64,000 nucleotides of DNA from Candidatus Saccharimonadota bacterium (GCA_013694995.1 JACDBH010000006.1:21435-85434); one strand, 5' to 3'. Shown: positions 28,139 through 37,319, numbered from the stretch's first letter. The notes: generated from the sequence alone by a model not told the origin. A program made the numbers and translations.

Positions 28139-28201
28139 ATGTCCAAAGACAGAGGCCGCAAAGAAACTAAGAAACCAAAAACACAAAAGCCGAAGGTCTA
28201 A
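28139..28201 (+). CDS. putative 20-aa basic peptide
   Basis: MSKDRGRKETKKPKTQKPKV*; AGAAAGGG SD; ends 4 nt before the next gene. Confidence 0.55.
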   Translation: MSKDRGRKETKKPKTQKPKV

Positions 28202-28205
28202 ATTT

Positions 28206-28454
28206 ATGCCGACATTTAAAAAGCGAGTCAATTTTTATCTCTCCGAAGAAGGCATCCAAATCCAAGAAATACTGCGCACTATGGCCTTGGACGAGAAATA
28301 CAATACGGTTTCAAGCTATAGCGCCAACACCGAATCGTACCCCGATAACCTCATTCCTTTCGTTAATAAGCACATGGATTACCTCAACGCCCACCCGACC
28401 ACCGACCCGCAGCACTACCTGTCAAATCTGCGCCTGATGTGCCGCATCAAGTAA
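28206..28454 (+). CDS. hypothetical protein
   Basis: 82-aa ORF. Confidence 0.7.
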   Translation: MPTFKKRVNFYLSEEGIQIQEILRTMALDEKYNTVSSYSANTESYPDNLIPFVNKHMDYLNAHPTTDPQHYLSNLRLMCRIK

Positions 28455-28465
28455 CGTAACTTTGT

Positions 28466-28681
28466 AATATTCTTAGCACCCACTACAGCCCGCTTACCGG
28501 CCAAGAAGACAATCCAAAGAACTACCATAAGATAGTGATTGAACTACTTAAAGAAGACCAGCGGACTATATTGAAACTAAGCCAGACTAATAATCCTGAT
28601 GCGGTCACAACCAGTCAGGTTACTGCTGTCTGGAACACGATTTTGCACAGGCTAAAAAAAACCGTCGAAAAGAAAGCCTAG
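28466..28681 (+). pseudogene. 5'-truncated SRPBCC/AHSA1-like remnant
   Basis: Open frame lacking an N-terminal start: HYSPLTGQEDNPKNYHKIVIEL...LKLSQTNN...WNTILHRLKKTVE*. Confidence 0.6.
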
Positions 28682-29211
28682 ACCCCATACTGTGTTGGGT
28701 CAATAGCCCGGATTGGAAATTCAGTCGCATTGCTAAAGAACCCAATTATTCTATTAAAAATTCTCGGCGGGCTTAAGCTCATATCAATTTCTGGTTTCTC
28801 GTTGAAATAACTCTTCACTTCACCCATTCTGCCGTAGACGTCGGCTACAAACTGGGCCGGCCGTAGGTCGTTTTCATACCAGAACTGTACATACCAAAGC
28901 ATTGGTTTATCCCAGCCCTGTAGCTCAAAACCGTCCTCAGAGTATCGGACTACACAGCGGTATTTCGAAATATCCTTATCGGGGACATAACCTTCGGACG
29001 TTTCCGTTTCGAAGGCGTATATTCGCGAATCAGAAAGCTGCAGGCCTTGGGTTGTCAGCGTATCGAGCTGTACATTCAGCGCCAAAACAGCAAAAGGGAT
29101 TGTATCGGAATTATAAAATTCAGGTTTATCAAACATGCTGTCGCGCAAGAACTCTATAAAATTCTGGAAATCCTTAATATCGTCTTGGGGACTCTCAAGT
29201 TCCGGATGCAT
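28678..29211 (-). CDS. hypothetical protein
   Basis: 177-aa ORF; TAAAAT upstream. Confidence 0.6.
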   Translation of the reverse strand: MHPELESPQDDIKDFQNFIEFLRDSMFDKPEFYNSDTIPFAVLALNVQLDTLTTQGLQLSDSRIYAFETETSEGYVPDKDISKYRCVVRYSEDGFELQGWDKPMLWYVQFWYENDLRPAQFVADVYGRMGEVKSYFNEKPEIDMSLSPPRIFNRIIGFFSNATEFPIRAIDPTQYGV

Positions 29212-29289
29212 AAATATATTTTACAATCTAACTAATTACATATCAAAAGAGTCGCTTAGTGGTTTGCCGGGCAGCCTCGTTGCAAACCA

Positions 29290-30459
29290 CTAGTCTGGGT
29301 GAATTAGGTTATCGTTAGGCGGGAGTTCAGGCTCGGGTTCAAGTGGGGCTGATTCGTCGCCCTGGAACTCTGGCTTTTCTATGTCAGGTACTATGAGCGT
29401 CGGCTGGGGAACATAAGTACTCTCTGATGTTTGGTATTGGGATTCCGGGGGTGCTAACGGCTGAACCAAAGTTTCAGGAATACCGGGGGTAGAAACGGCA
29501 GCATTACTTAGGGTAGTCAAAGCCATATGGCTTTTGACACGCCTATGCATTACTACGATTACCGCTGCAATAATAATAAATAATATGACTGGCAGAGCGA
29601 CAAACAAAAGTATTTTACTAGCGGTTTTCTTTTGGTTAAGTATCGGCTCGGCCGTAAGTGGCTTATAGAATTCCACTTCCCCACTTATAGCCGTCCCATC
29701 GGCAGTTGTGGCAGTCAACTTAGCTCTATAAACTTTAGTATTGTCTAAAGGATTTGCAAATGTTATGGCGTACTTGCGCGTTGTTTGGGGCAATATACCA
29801 CCGGTATTATTAGCGTCGATTTCGGTTACTACAGCGCCTCCTTCATCTAGAATTGCCAGTGTCAATTTTGGCACCGAATAGCTATTATCGGTATTTTTTA
29901 TCCTGGCACCAAATTCATACTCGGTTGTGCCGTCAGGGTTCAGGCTTAACCTATCGACAAGCAAGCTTTCTATTGCTATTTTTTCGGTAACGGCTCCGAC
30001 ATTTACGAATATCGGGCTCGAGGAGGAGCTGTCCACGACAGTCTTGTTATTTAGTACTACCCTACCCCAGTAGGTTCCGGCCGCTGCGTCTTTTGGTATA
30101 GTCACAGTTACTTTGTACTCTTTAGAGGCTTTAGCGCCCAGGCTTATTGTTGCGCTACCTTTCAGCCACGACTTGAGGCCGCCTTTTAGATTCGGGTCAT
30201 TATTAACTATCGGCTCGCCCGTTTCGCCTATCGTACCAAAATTTTCAAAGACAACGGCAAAATCATTCTTTTTATCAGCAGCATTAGACAGGTTAATCGT
30301 AACTGTTTTAGTTTCTCCTGGGTTGGCACTGATAATTGTTTGAGCCGGTGTAACTAACAAGGAGACACCTTGGGCGCTACTGTGCAACGGATGGCTGATT
30401 AGTACCGGTAACACCAAACTTAATAAGGCAAATGTAGCACTAGCCCACTTTGAAATCAT
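29290..30459 (-). CDS. surface protein with Ig-like (DUF916-like) domains and C-terminal TM
   Basis: Signal peptide, PGET, VTIPKDAAAGTYWG, ILPQTTRK, TM. Confidence 0.7.
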   Translation of the reverse strand: MISKWASATFALLSLVLPVLISHPLHSSAQGVSLLVTPAQTIISANPGETKTVTINLSNAADKKNDFAVVFENFGTIGETGEPIVNNDPNLKGGLKSWLKGSATISLGAKASKEYKVTVTIPKDAAAGTYWGRVVLNNKTVVDSSSSSPIFVNVGAVTEKIAIESLLVDRLSLNPDGTTEYEFGARIKNTDNSYSVPKLTLAILDEGGAVVTEIDANNTGGILPQTTRKYAITFANPLDNTKVYRAKLTATTADGTAISGEVEFYKPLTAEPILNQKKTASKILLFVALPVILFIIIAAVIVVMHRRVKSHMALTTLSNAAVSTPGIPETLVQPLAPPESQYQTSESTYVPQPTLIVPDIEKPEFQGDESAPLEPEPELPPNDNLIHPD

Positions 30460-30496
30460 AAGTTAATTTTAACATGTTTATGTTTGACTATTACAT

Positions 30497-30697
30497 TTAC
30501 TCATCTGGGACAACATCAGTTTCGGTTTGTCTTGCTTCCATGATATTTTCACATTCTTTGTCGCCAAACTCCTGTATGTATTGCAAGCTGCACTCCCTAT
30601 AGGTTTCGGGAGACTTTTTCCAAAAATAATTGAGCGCAAAATACGCAGCCACGGCTAGGACAATTAGAATTAAAAACTTTTTAAAATAGCTATCCAT
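30497..30697 (-). CDS. small membrane-anchored protein
   Basis: TM plus two Cys; TATACT upstream. Confidence 0.6.
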   Translation of the reverse strand: MDSYFKKFLILIVLAVAAYFALNYFWKKSPETYRECSLQYIQEFGDKECENIMEARQTETDVVPDE

Positions 30698-30844
30698 GCA
30701 ATCAGTATACGCTTAAGCTTAATAAGCACTTCAATTCAGCTACTCTTAAGGTTGTATTACATAGAACCCATATCAGTACTACCTCTACTCCGGCTAATTT
30801 GCTTGTGCTTGCAAATTTAAAATTTTTATAGCAGGCTAAAGTCT

Positions 30845-32251
30845 ATGACTGAGAGAAATAACAGCCCTAACGTTTATGGTATTGAAACCGAATATACCTG
30901 CATGCTCACACTCCCCAATGATGTTGTTCACGAACTGGTTGGGAGCTGCCACTCGGTTGACGCGCGGATTGGGCTTTATGAAGCGCCGTCTGATAAAGGC
31001 AGCTCCGCAATACAAAGTCTAAGTATATCTCGCGCCCTAGAAAAAGTGGGAATATTCAGGAACTCAACCGGCATGCTCTCAAATGGTGGTAGGTTATACA
31101 TTGATCCAAGTGGCCCGGAGTACGCGACCCCCGAGACAACCACTGCCAAAGAAACCGTTTATCGATCGTTTGACGGTGATAAGATTTTACTGGGAATTTT
31201 TGACCGATTTCGCAACGACGGGATTCTCAAAGACTTCCAAGTTAACCGGCGGATCGTGGATCATAACCGTACTTCAAGAGGCATCCACTTGAATACTTTG
31301 ACTTCTTTAAACAACAGAGGACCCGATGACCTTGTGGCTAATTGGATTGCCACACTCAATGTCGTTAAGGGTGCAATGTTCGGATCGGGGGGATTGTTAG
31401 TTGACGATAAGGGTAAGACTGCCTACCACCATTCACCTAGGCTTTCTATAACAACCGATACGACCGCTAACTACAACAAGTATAAGCAAAGACCCCTGGT
31501 TAGAGGCCCGTTTAAAGGTGATGGTAATCAGTTTGCGCGGATAGAAACCGTAACTAGTGACGCCCTTAACTTTGGGTGGCCACTGCGCGCAAGCCTGGTT
31601 GCAACCAATGCTTTTGTCGGGATATTAGAGCTGGGATATGGTGATAAGTGCCCTCGCCTTAGGAATCCAGTTAGTTCCGCGCATTTTGTAGGCAGGCTTG
31701 GTAGTGAAGGTAAGGTAGAAATTATAAAAGGCGAAAGCACTGCCACTGCCCGCCCATTAGATATAATGCGTCAAATTTGTGAAATAGTTTTAGAAGTTGA
31801 TGATAAAGAAAAGTATTTAGATAAAGAGTCGGATCAGGTAATCGGCGAGATAATCGATACGGCAGACAAAATGAGCACCGATATTTATAGCGTTGCCGAC
31901 CAAGTAGAATCCGTGGGCAGATTGGTCGCAATGCAGAGGAAAATGGATAAAGCCAAGATCGCACTAGATTCAGAAAGAATGTGTCGGTTTGATTATGCGT
32001 GGGACTGGTTAAGGGGCGGCATAGCCGAGACTTTAAGAGATAAGAGGTTAGCTGGCTGGCAGGGCTTTGGGGACACTCCGTCTGTGGCGACTGTACGCAG
32101 GAGGCTAACTACCCCTCCTCAAGACACACGAGCTAAAGTCAGGGGCGAAAATATAAAATTGAGTCATGGTACTAATGATTCCACATGGGATCAGATCGAT
32201 TTTGGTACCCACCAGCAATACGTTCATCCGTTAGATTCCCACAGATCTTAG
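30845..32251 (+). CDS. Pup ligase/deamidase (PafA/Dop) family protein
   Basis: YGIETEY, NGGRLYID, PEYATPE, SRGIHLN, PPQDTRAKVRG match the PafA/Dop motif order. Confidence 0.85.
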   Translation: MTERNNSPNVYGIETEYTCMLTLPNDVVHELVGSCHSVDARIGLYEAPSDKGSSAIQSLSISRALEKVGIFRNSTGMLSNGGRLYIDPSGPEYATPETTTAKETVYRSFDGDKILLGIFDRFRNDGILKDFQVNRRIVDHNRTSRGIHLNTLTSLNNRGPDDLVANWIATLNVVKGAMFGSGGLLVDDKGKTAYHHSPRLSITTDTTANYNKYKQRPLVRGPFKGDGNQFARIETVTSDALNFGWPLRASLVATNAFVGILELGYGDKCPRLRNPVSSAHFVGRLGSEGKVEIIKGESTATARPLDIMRQICEIVLEVDDKEKYLDKESDQVIGEIIDTADKMSTDIYSVADQVESVGRLVAMQRKMDKAKIALDSERMCRFDYAWDWLRGGIAETLRDKRLAGWQGFGDTPSVATVRRRLTTPPQDTRAKVRGENIKLSHGTNDSTWDQIDFGTHQQYVHPLDSHRS

Positions 32252-32320
32252 ATTAGGTGCTGTACAAAAAAACTGCTACTTAGCATAACTTTTTCGTAAA
32301 AGACTTAGCCTCGTGCACTC

Positions 32321-32683
32321 TTATTCGTGAGAGTCTTGCGTGACATCGGCTTCATAACCCCAATCACTTTGCCACTGTTTCATTTGGGCGATTTCTTGTT
32401 CTTGTGCGGTAATGATATTGCGTGACAATTCTTTGATTTCTTCATGCTTTGCCTGCCCTTCGGCTAATTTGGCCATTCCTACCGCGCCTTCGTGGTGGGC
32501 AATCATAGAGTTAATAAATTCTTCATCAAATTCATCGCCGCGCTTATTAGTTAAAGACTCTGTCATGGACTGCATGCTATCGCTGCTAGCAACCGGTTTT
32601 TCGATTGTGGTTGCAACAATTGAGACTAGTAGACCGCCTGCCATAAAGCTGATGATTCCGATAAGCAAAGACTTGGTATTCAT
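32321..32683 (-). CDS. DUF305 (CopM-like) metal-binding protein
   Basis: FINSMIAHHEGAVGMA...IITAQEQEIAQM. Confidence 0.9.
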   Translation of the reverse strand: MNTKSLLIGIISFMAGGLLVSIVATTIEKPVASSDSMQSMTESLTNKRGDEFDEEFINSMIAHHEGAVGMAKLAEGQAKHEEIKELSRNIITAQEQEIAQMKQWQSDWGYEADVTQDSHE

Positions 32684-32704
32684 TTCTGTTTCCTCCTGAT
32701 TAAG

Positions 32705-32989
32705 TTAACGTGACAGCATCCGGCTGACGGCCGTTACTAGTTCTTCGGCTTTGGCTTCAGTTCCCTTTGGCCCGATGTTGTCGTTAGCAAGACAATGCCG
32801 GGCGTGTTCGCCGAGCAACTCCAAGGCGACTTTATCAAGGGCAGCCTGGGCAGCGTTGATTTGGGTCAGAATATCCACGCAGTATTTATCTTCCACGACC
32901 ATCCGAGTTACGCCGCGCACTTGGCCTTCTACCCGGTTTAACCGCTTCACTATCTGCTCTTTGTTCTTGGTGTAACCGTATGTGTTCAT
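32705..32989 (-). CDS. csoR: CsoR/RcnR family copper-sensing repressor
   Basis: RLNRVEGQVRG, YCVDILTQ, HARHC. Confidence 0.92.
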   Translation of the reverse strand: MNTYGYTKNKEQIVKRLNRVEGQVRGVTRMVVEDKYCVDILTQINAAQAALDKVALELLGEHARHCLANDNIGPKGTEAKAEELVTAVSRMLSR

Positions 32990-33474
32990 GCTGTTTCCTT
33001 ATGAGTGTGGTGATGGGCTTCAGCTTCGTCAAGCTCATGCATTTCATGCATTAGTGCGTGGCCTTTGCCGCGTTTTAGCAAATATAAGTTTACTGGGTAC
33101 GAGGCAAAGTACGCTGCCGTTAACGCTAAGGCCATCCCTAGCCAAAAGATAGGGTTAACCAGCCCAGCTTCCATGGCGCCGGGTATAACTGCCATAACGG
33201 TATTATCGACCAGCTCCATAGTCGCAATTGATAAAGTATCGGCCGCAAACACTAGGCTTAGAGCTGCCCCCAAAGCTATGCCCGATTTAACCAGCGGCAA
33301 AGCCGACAGCGAATAACCAAAGATAAATGACAACCCAACTGCCAGAGCAATTGTAGGCAGTGTGCTAAGTCCTATGGCCGTGCCGATAATTAGACCCAGT
33401 ATTTCGCCGATAGCACACCCTGTCAGACAGTGGAGAGTAGCGCTTTTTGCTAAAGATTGGATGTTATTATGCAT
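32986..33474 (-). CDS. DUF4396 membrane protein
   Basis: ATLHCLTGCAIGE, DTLSIATME, PVN...RGKGH, His-rich tail. Confidence 0.9.
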   Translation of the reverse strand: MHNNIQSLAKSATLHCLTGCAIGEILGLIIGTAIGLSTLPTIALAVGLSFIFGYSLSALPLVKSGIALGAALSLVFAADTLSIATMELVDNTVMAVIPGAMEAGLVNPIFWLGMALALTAAYFASYPVNLYLLKRGKGHALMHEMHELDEAEAHHHTHKETA

Positions 33475-33486
33475 GTTAATTCTCCT

Positions 33487-33505
33487 TATACCCCCCTAGG
33501 GTATA
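33487..33505. promoter_or_regulatory. CsoR operator
   Basis: TATACCC-CCCTA-GGGTATA upstream of the csoR operon; TTGACA (minus strand) at 33521-33526. Confidence 0.85.
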
Positions 33506-33527
33506 CAAAAACAAAAATCGTGTCAAT

Positions 33528-33558
33528 AAAAAAGAGTCCCTGAATCAAAGACTCTTTT
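33528..33558. terminator. terminator hairpin
   Basis: AAAAGAGTC...GACTCTTTT. Confidence 0.6.
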
Positions 33559-33590
33559 GTTTAGTAAACTTTTATCTTATTAGGTTGGCT

Positions 33591-33716
33591 TTATTCCTCG
33601 TTAAAAGACCTGTTTTCAGACTGTTTTATCAATTGCTCCAGGCGGGCTTGGTCTTCGCTTTTCTTTACATAAGCCGTGGTTTCAATCTTGTTATATTTTC
33701 TTTTTTTGTCAGCCAT
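33591..33716 (-). CDS. putative 41-aa small protein
   Basis: MADKKRKYNKIETTAYVKKSEDQARLEQLIKQSENRSFNEE*; AAGGAG SD. Confidence 0.6.
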   Translation of the reverse strand: MADKKRKYNKIETTAYVKKSEDQARLEQLIKQSENRSFNEE

Positions 33717-33862
33717 GGTAAAGCTCCTTTTACTTACTACTCTTTTACCATAAACTTTTAATCATTATCAAACAGTAAGGAATCTAACATATAGCAATCC
33801 CAAAACAAAATGACGCTTTTTGGCCGCGACCAAAATGAATGGTTTCTTATAATGATTACAAT

Positions 33863-33934
33863 TTAGAAAACGAACATTATAACTGCTATCAAACCTATCA
33901 CCGCAAGAATGGTAATAATTGTGCTGCGACCCAT
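33863..33934 (-). CDS. putative 23-aa hydrophobic peptide
   Basis: MGRSTIITILAVIGLIAVIMFVF*; GAAAGG SD. Confidence 0.5.
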   Translation of the reverse strand: MGRSTIITILAVIGLIAVIMFVF

Positions 33935-34017
33935 ATAGTTGGCCTTTCGTTATTAATTTCACTCCCAATTGTAGAAAAATTAAAAGCTAATAACCGTAAA
34001 ATAGCTTACATTAAAAA

Positions 34018-34046
34018 ACCTTGCGGAGGTCAGACCTCCGCAAGGT
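34018..34046. repeat. perfect 14-bp inverted repeat, REP-like
   Basis: ACCTTGCGGAGGTC-A-GACCTCCGCAAGGT. Confidence 0.85.
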
Positions 34047-34110
34047 ACTACGGTTAGTAAGTATATGAATACTTAAATAAAATAGAACCATATGTCATCA
34101 GTTAGGTCAT

Positions 34111-34612
34111 TTCGCGCATTCCTTCGGAATGCCGAGCGAGTATCTTTTGGACCGCCAAAAGATACCAAAAACTCTCTGGCTGCGTTTTTTCTTGATAGAG
34201 CCACCAGTCATAGCAAACAACAGGGCTTCGGAACTCGCTAGCGCTCAAACAGCCTAGCCCTATTTTGTTGTTTGTATGACGTGGCTCTTCAGGAAAAAGC
34301 CGATGCCAAGTAGCCCCCATGGATACGGCCCAACTGGCCGATATTTTATACGTGCTCGCTCCAAGGAGCGAGCTTCTGCTTTAAACCCCAGCATCTGAAA
34401 AGTCCGGTGAATATTGTGGCAAAAGGAGCGAATCAAGCAAAAGTGTGCTCGAATGCCTACTTAAAGTTAAAGTATTCGAGCCGCTTGCCGTTCTTTTGCG
34501 CGCTCTCTTTTGCTACAATTTTCAGCCGTGACTTTTCAGCCGCTGGTCAGTTTTTTGGCTTCTTTTTTGCTGAACCAAAAAAGAAGCGACTTGGTTCTTG
34601 GTCGCAAGAACA
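34111..34612. other. ~500-nt multi-hairpin non-coding element (MITE-like or structured RNA)
   Basis: Mirror-image ends (GTATCTTTTGG-ACCG-CCAAAAGATACCAAAAACT vs AGTTTTTTGGCTTCTTTTTTG-CTGAAC-CAAAAAAGAAG) and two long internal hairpins. Confidence 0.7.
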
Positions 34613-34617
34613 AATAA

Positions 34618-34647
34618 AATAGAGCCCCTGTACTGTGGGGCTCTATT
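34618..34647 (-). terminator. intrinsic terminator
   Basis: AATAGAGCCCC...GGGGCTCTATT, downstream of the 34667 gene. Confidence 0.8.
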
Positions 34648-34666
34648 GTTTAGTAAACTTTTATAT

Positions 34667-35520
34667 TTAGAAAATGCTACGTAGCAAGTTTGCGATTGGA
34701 TTGCCCCTAGCTTTGCCTTGGCTTGCAATGAAGCTTACACAATCACCTTGATTCTTGAAGGTTGGGTTATTAAATGTCTTCCAACCATCCTTTTTACACT
34801 GATCTTTGTTAGTGGGAGTAGTAAGCGATTCCTGTAGTTCAAAATCGAATGTTGTGCTATTGAACGTTACAGAGTCTAGGTAAGTAATATAGCTAGGATT
34901 GTACGTGCCCTGAAATACTCCATACTCTGTCACAACACCTTGGGGTGCTTGCACTTTTGCATCGGTAAGGTTCACTGTAGGAGGGCCAGCGATGTTACAT
35001 GTAACGCGCCGAATGGACTAGTACACCAAAGCATACCTGTAGCAACGTCACCGGTTTGCCAAATATTACGCTCCACAGGCGCATTGTTGGGCGATCCATC
35101 GCTCCAATATGGCTCATAAACTAAATATGTACTATCGGATGTAGTTAGATTGCCATCTATATCAATCTTAAGGTAAAAGCTTAATGCCCCAGCGTCCACA
35201 TTTGCTGTTTCTACTTTTGATACATACGACACATTATTTAAAGCCCCTAAAGCAAGTGGGGTAGACAATGCATAGGATAGTGCAGCGTTTGATTCGTTTG
35301 TTTCGTTTGTTGTTAGTCTAGCAGAACCCACTCCCATAGGCGCAGTGGCGTCAGCGACAAAATTTACTACGCCCCCTGCACCGACATCAATTACCCAACC
35401 ATTTGGATTTGTTGGCGTGACAACTGTAGTTGCAGCACTTGCCATTGGCGCGAAGGCCAAAATTGGTAGAGCGAGCAAAGCCGATAAACCAGCTGCCAGC
35501 CTTTTTATTGTTTTTATCAT
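34667..35520 (-). pseudogene. secreted protein with C-terminal QCKKDGW...FKNQGDCVS motif, split by a frameshift
   Basis: Adding one base near 35006 joins the ORFs: ...WCTSPFG(G)VTCNIAGPPTVNLTDAK...; signal peptide on the first ORF. Confidence 0.7.
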
Positions 35521-35545
35521 GCATTCTCCTAATTAATTTTTTGAC

Positions 35546-35579
35546 AAAAAAAATAAACTGCCGGGGTGCGACAGTTTAT
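35546..35579 (-). terminator. terminator-like hairpin in the 5' leader of the 35520 gene
   Basis: ATAAACTGTCG-CACCC-CGGCAGTTTAT plus T-run on the minus strand. Confidence 0.6.
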
Positions 35580-35840
35580 AGACTACTTACCTACTGTTAC
35601 GTGTACTTGCGATAGGTACAAGAACATAAGCTGGTTTACGTGAAAGGCTAACCATGTATCTTTTCAATAAGTTTCTTAACATAAACCCCCTTATATTCTT
35701 AATAGTCATAACCAGTATAAGTCCGTCCTAAAACCAATACTACCGCCATCACCTTAGTGCGATGTTAATAACACATCAATAACACTTTAGGAGAATTGTC
35801 GAATTTCTTACACAACAACAGCTTTGGGAGAGGTTTGGGG

Positions 35841-36005
35841 TCACAAAGAGCGGCGGTATTTGCGTATAACGATGGCGCCCAAAATGACGGCCAACAGCAA
35901 TATACCAAACACCAACGTAAAGTCCACCGGGTTTTCTTTCTTAAGGGACAGGGTCTCGCCCTCGCTGGTCTGGATTTCGTAACCGGCTGTTTGTTCTTCT
36001 GTCAT
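35841..36005 (-). CDS. 54-aa single-TM membrane protein
   Basis: MTEEQTAGY...FTLVFGILLLAVILGAIVIRKYRRSL*; TATACT 7 nt upstream. Confidence 0.65.
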   Translation of the reverse strand: MTEEQTAGYEIQTSEGETLSLKKENPVDFTLVFGILLLAVILGAIVIRKYRRSL

Positions 36006-36112
36006 TAATGTCAGTATACTCGTCTAATTAACAGATGGGTAATACTTATGCTTTAATGGGCACCACCTATAAATTACTTGCTTTCTTAAAAATAGAGGAC
36101 TATGTTGGAATT

Positions 36113-36847
36113 ATGAATAATTATCCCGGGGTAGAACCTGGGAAGTTTCGATCCGCTGCAATCGAGAGCGGAGATCACATAGAACAGCTACCGGAAGCTG
36201 TTTATAATGAATTACTGGAAAATCCCAGGACTGTTTCTCCGGTACGCGAACAACTTGCCGTTTCTATACGAGCTGACGCCGTACGGATAAAAGATCGTCT
36301 TGTAAACTACAATATCCAGCCTAATGCGGTGCTTGTCCTGAGTGAAACCCAAACTGTTACCCGTTCCAAGAAGTTAATAAAGCGTTTAATGGATATACCG
36401 GACGTCGAAATAAAAACTGAAACGGTAAGAGCGTGGGTTGTAAATGCACGAGCTAAGCGCGAAGCAGTACAGACAAATAACTTTTGGGATTATGGGGCTC
36501 TGCCTCAGATAAAAATTAGTCATAACGGCTTAGCAATCGATGAAAATGGACTAATCCATTATTATACGGATAAGCCGCATATAATTAGGCAGGATCAATC
36601 TGCTAATGGAGAACCGAGGCAACAGTATTTTTCTCAGGTACCTGCATCAACATCAGAATTACAAACCCCCTTACGATCACTACAGCTCGCAAGCGATTAC
36701 AATCTTATAGGTCTGCACGCTATTAACTCCTCTATCCCGGATATGTTTTTTCAGCCTGCCTATATGGAATGGCACCGAGATACAGCAAGATTGTTTAACT
36801 CTATCCCGTTAAGCGCTGGGCATACTAGACCTCAAGACGCGGCGTAA
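36113..36847 (+). CDS. hypothetical protein
   Basis: Long ORF; internal ATG chosen. Confidence 0.6.
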   Translation: MNNYPGVEPGKFRSAAIESGDHIEQLPEAVYNELLENPRTVSPVREQLAVSIRADAVRIKDRLVNYNIQPNAVLVLSETQTVTRSKKLIKRLMDIPDVEIKTETVRAWVVNARAKREAVQTNNFWDYGALPQIKISHNGLAIDENGLIHYYTDKPHIIRQDQSANGEPRQQYFSQVPASTSELQTPLRSLQLASDYNLIGLHAINSSIPDMFFQPAYMEWHRDTARLFNSIPLSAGHTRPQDAA

Positions 36848-37319
36848 CACCCGGCTCGTAGACAATAACTGTAACAAACAGGTCGGGATTGTAGTGGTCG
36901 TGCATGTAAAAGACGCCGGTTTGATTAAACTGGACGCGCCAAGCCTCGTCGGCCTCGAAATCGCCAGATTGGTATTCGCCTTCGTGTTGGTGCGATACAT
37001 CGGCGTGGGCTCCGTGGCCATCATCTTCTTGGCCGTGCTTGCCCTCACCCAGTGACATGTTGTGCACCCTGCCATCGGCTGAATTAAACTGGACGAATTC
37101 GCCTAATTTAACACTGATGTTATCGGGCTTTATGCCAGTTTCGGTGAGTGCAAGGCAAACATTGGCATTGCAGTTCTGGTTACTTACTTGCTTGTTCTGG
37201 TTGTTACTTAGCGCTTGGACACCGGCAAATCCAGTGCCAAGGGCCATTAGTGCCACCAGGCCGAAGACTAAAAAACTGTTTTTGCTGGCCTTTTTAACTG
37301 AATCTTTTATACGGCTCAT
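36825..37319 (-). CDS. cupredoxin-like protein with His-rich insert
   Basis: KPDNISVKLGEFVQF..HNM, FNQTG..MHDHYNP. Confidence 0.75.
   Translation of the reverse strand: MSRIKDSVKKASKNSFLVFGLVALMALGTGFAGVQALSNNQNKQVSNQNCNANVCLALTETGIKPDNISVKLGEFVQFNSADGRVHNMSLGEGKHGQEDDGHGAHADVSHQHEGEYQSGDFEADEAWRVQFNQTGVFYMHDHYNPDLFVTVIVYEPGVTPRLEV

Noticed and set aside
34102..34728. Short ORFs across the structured element
   Set aside because: By-products of palindromic sequence; no coding signal.
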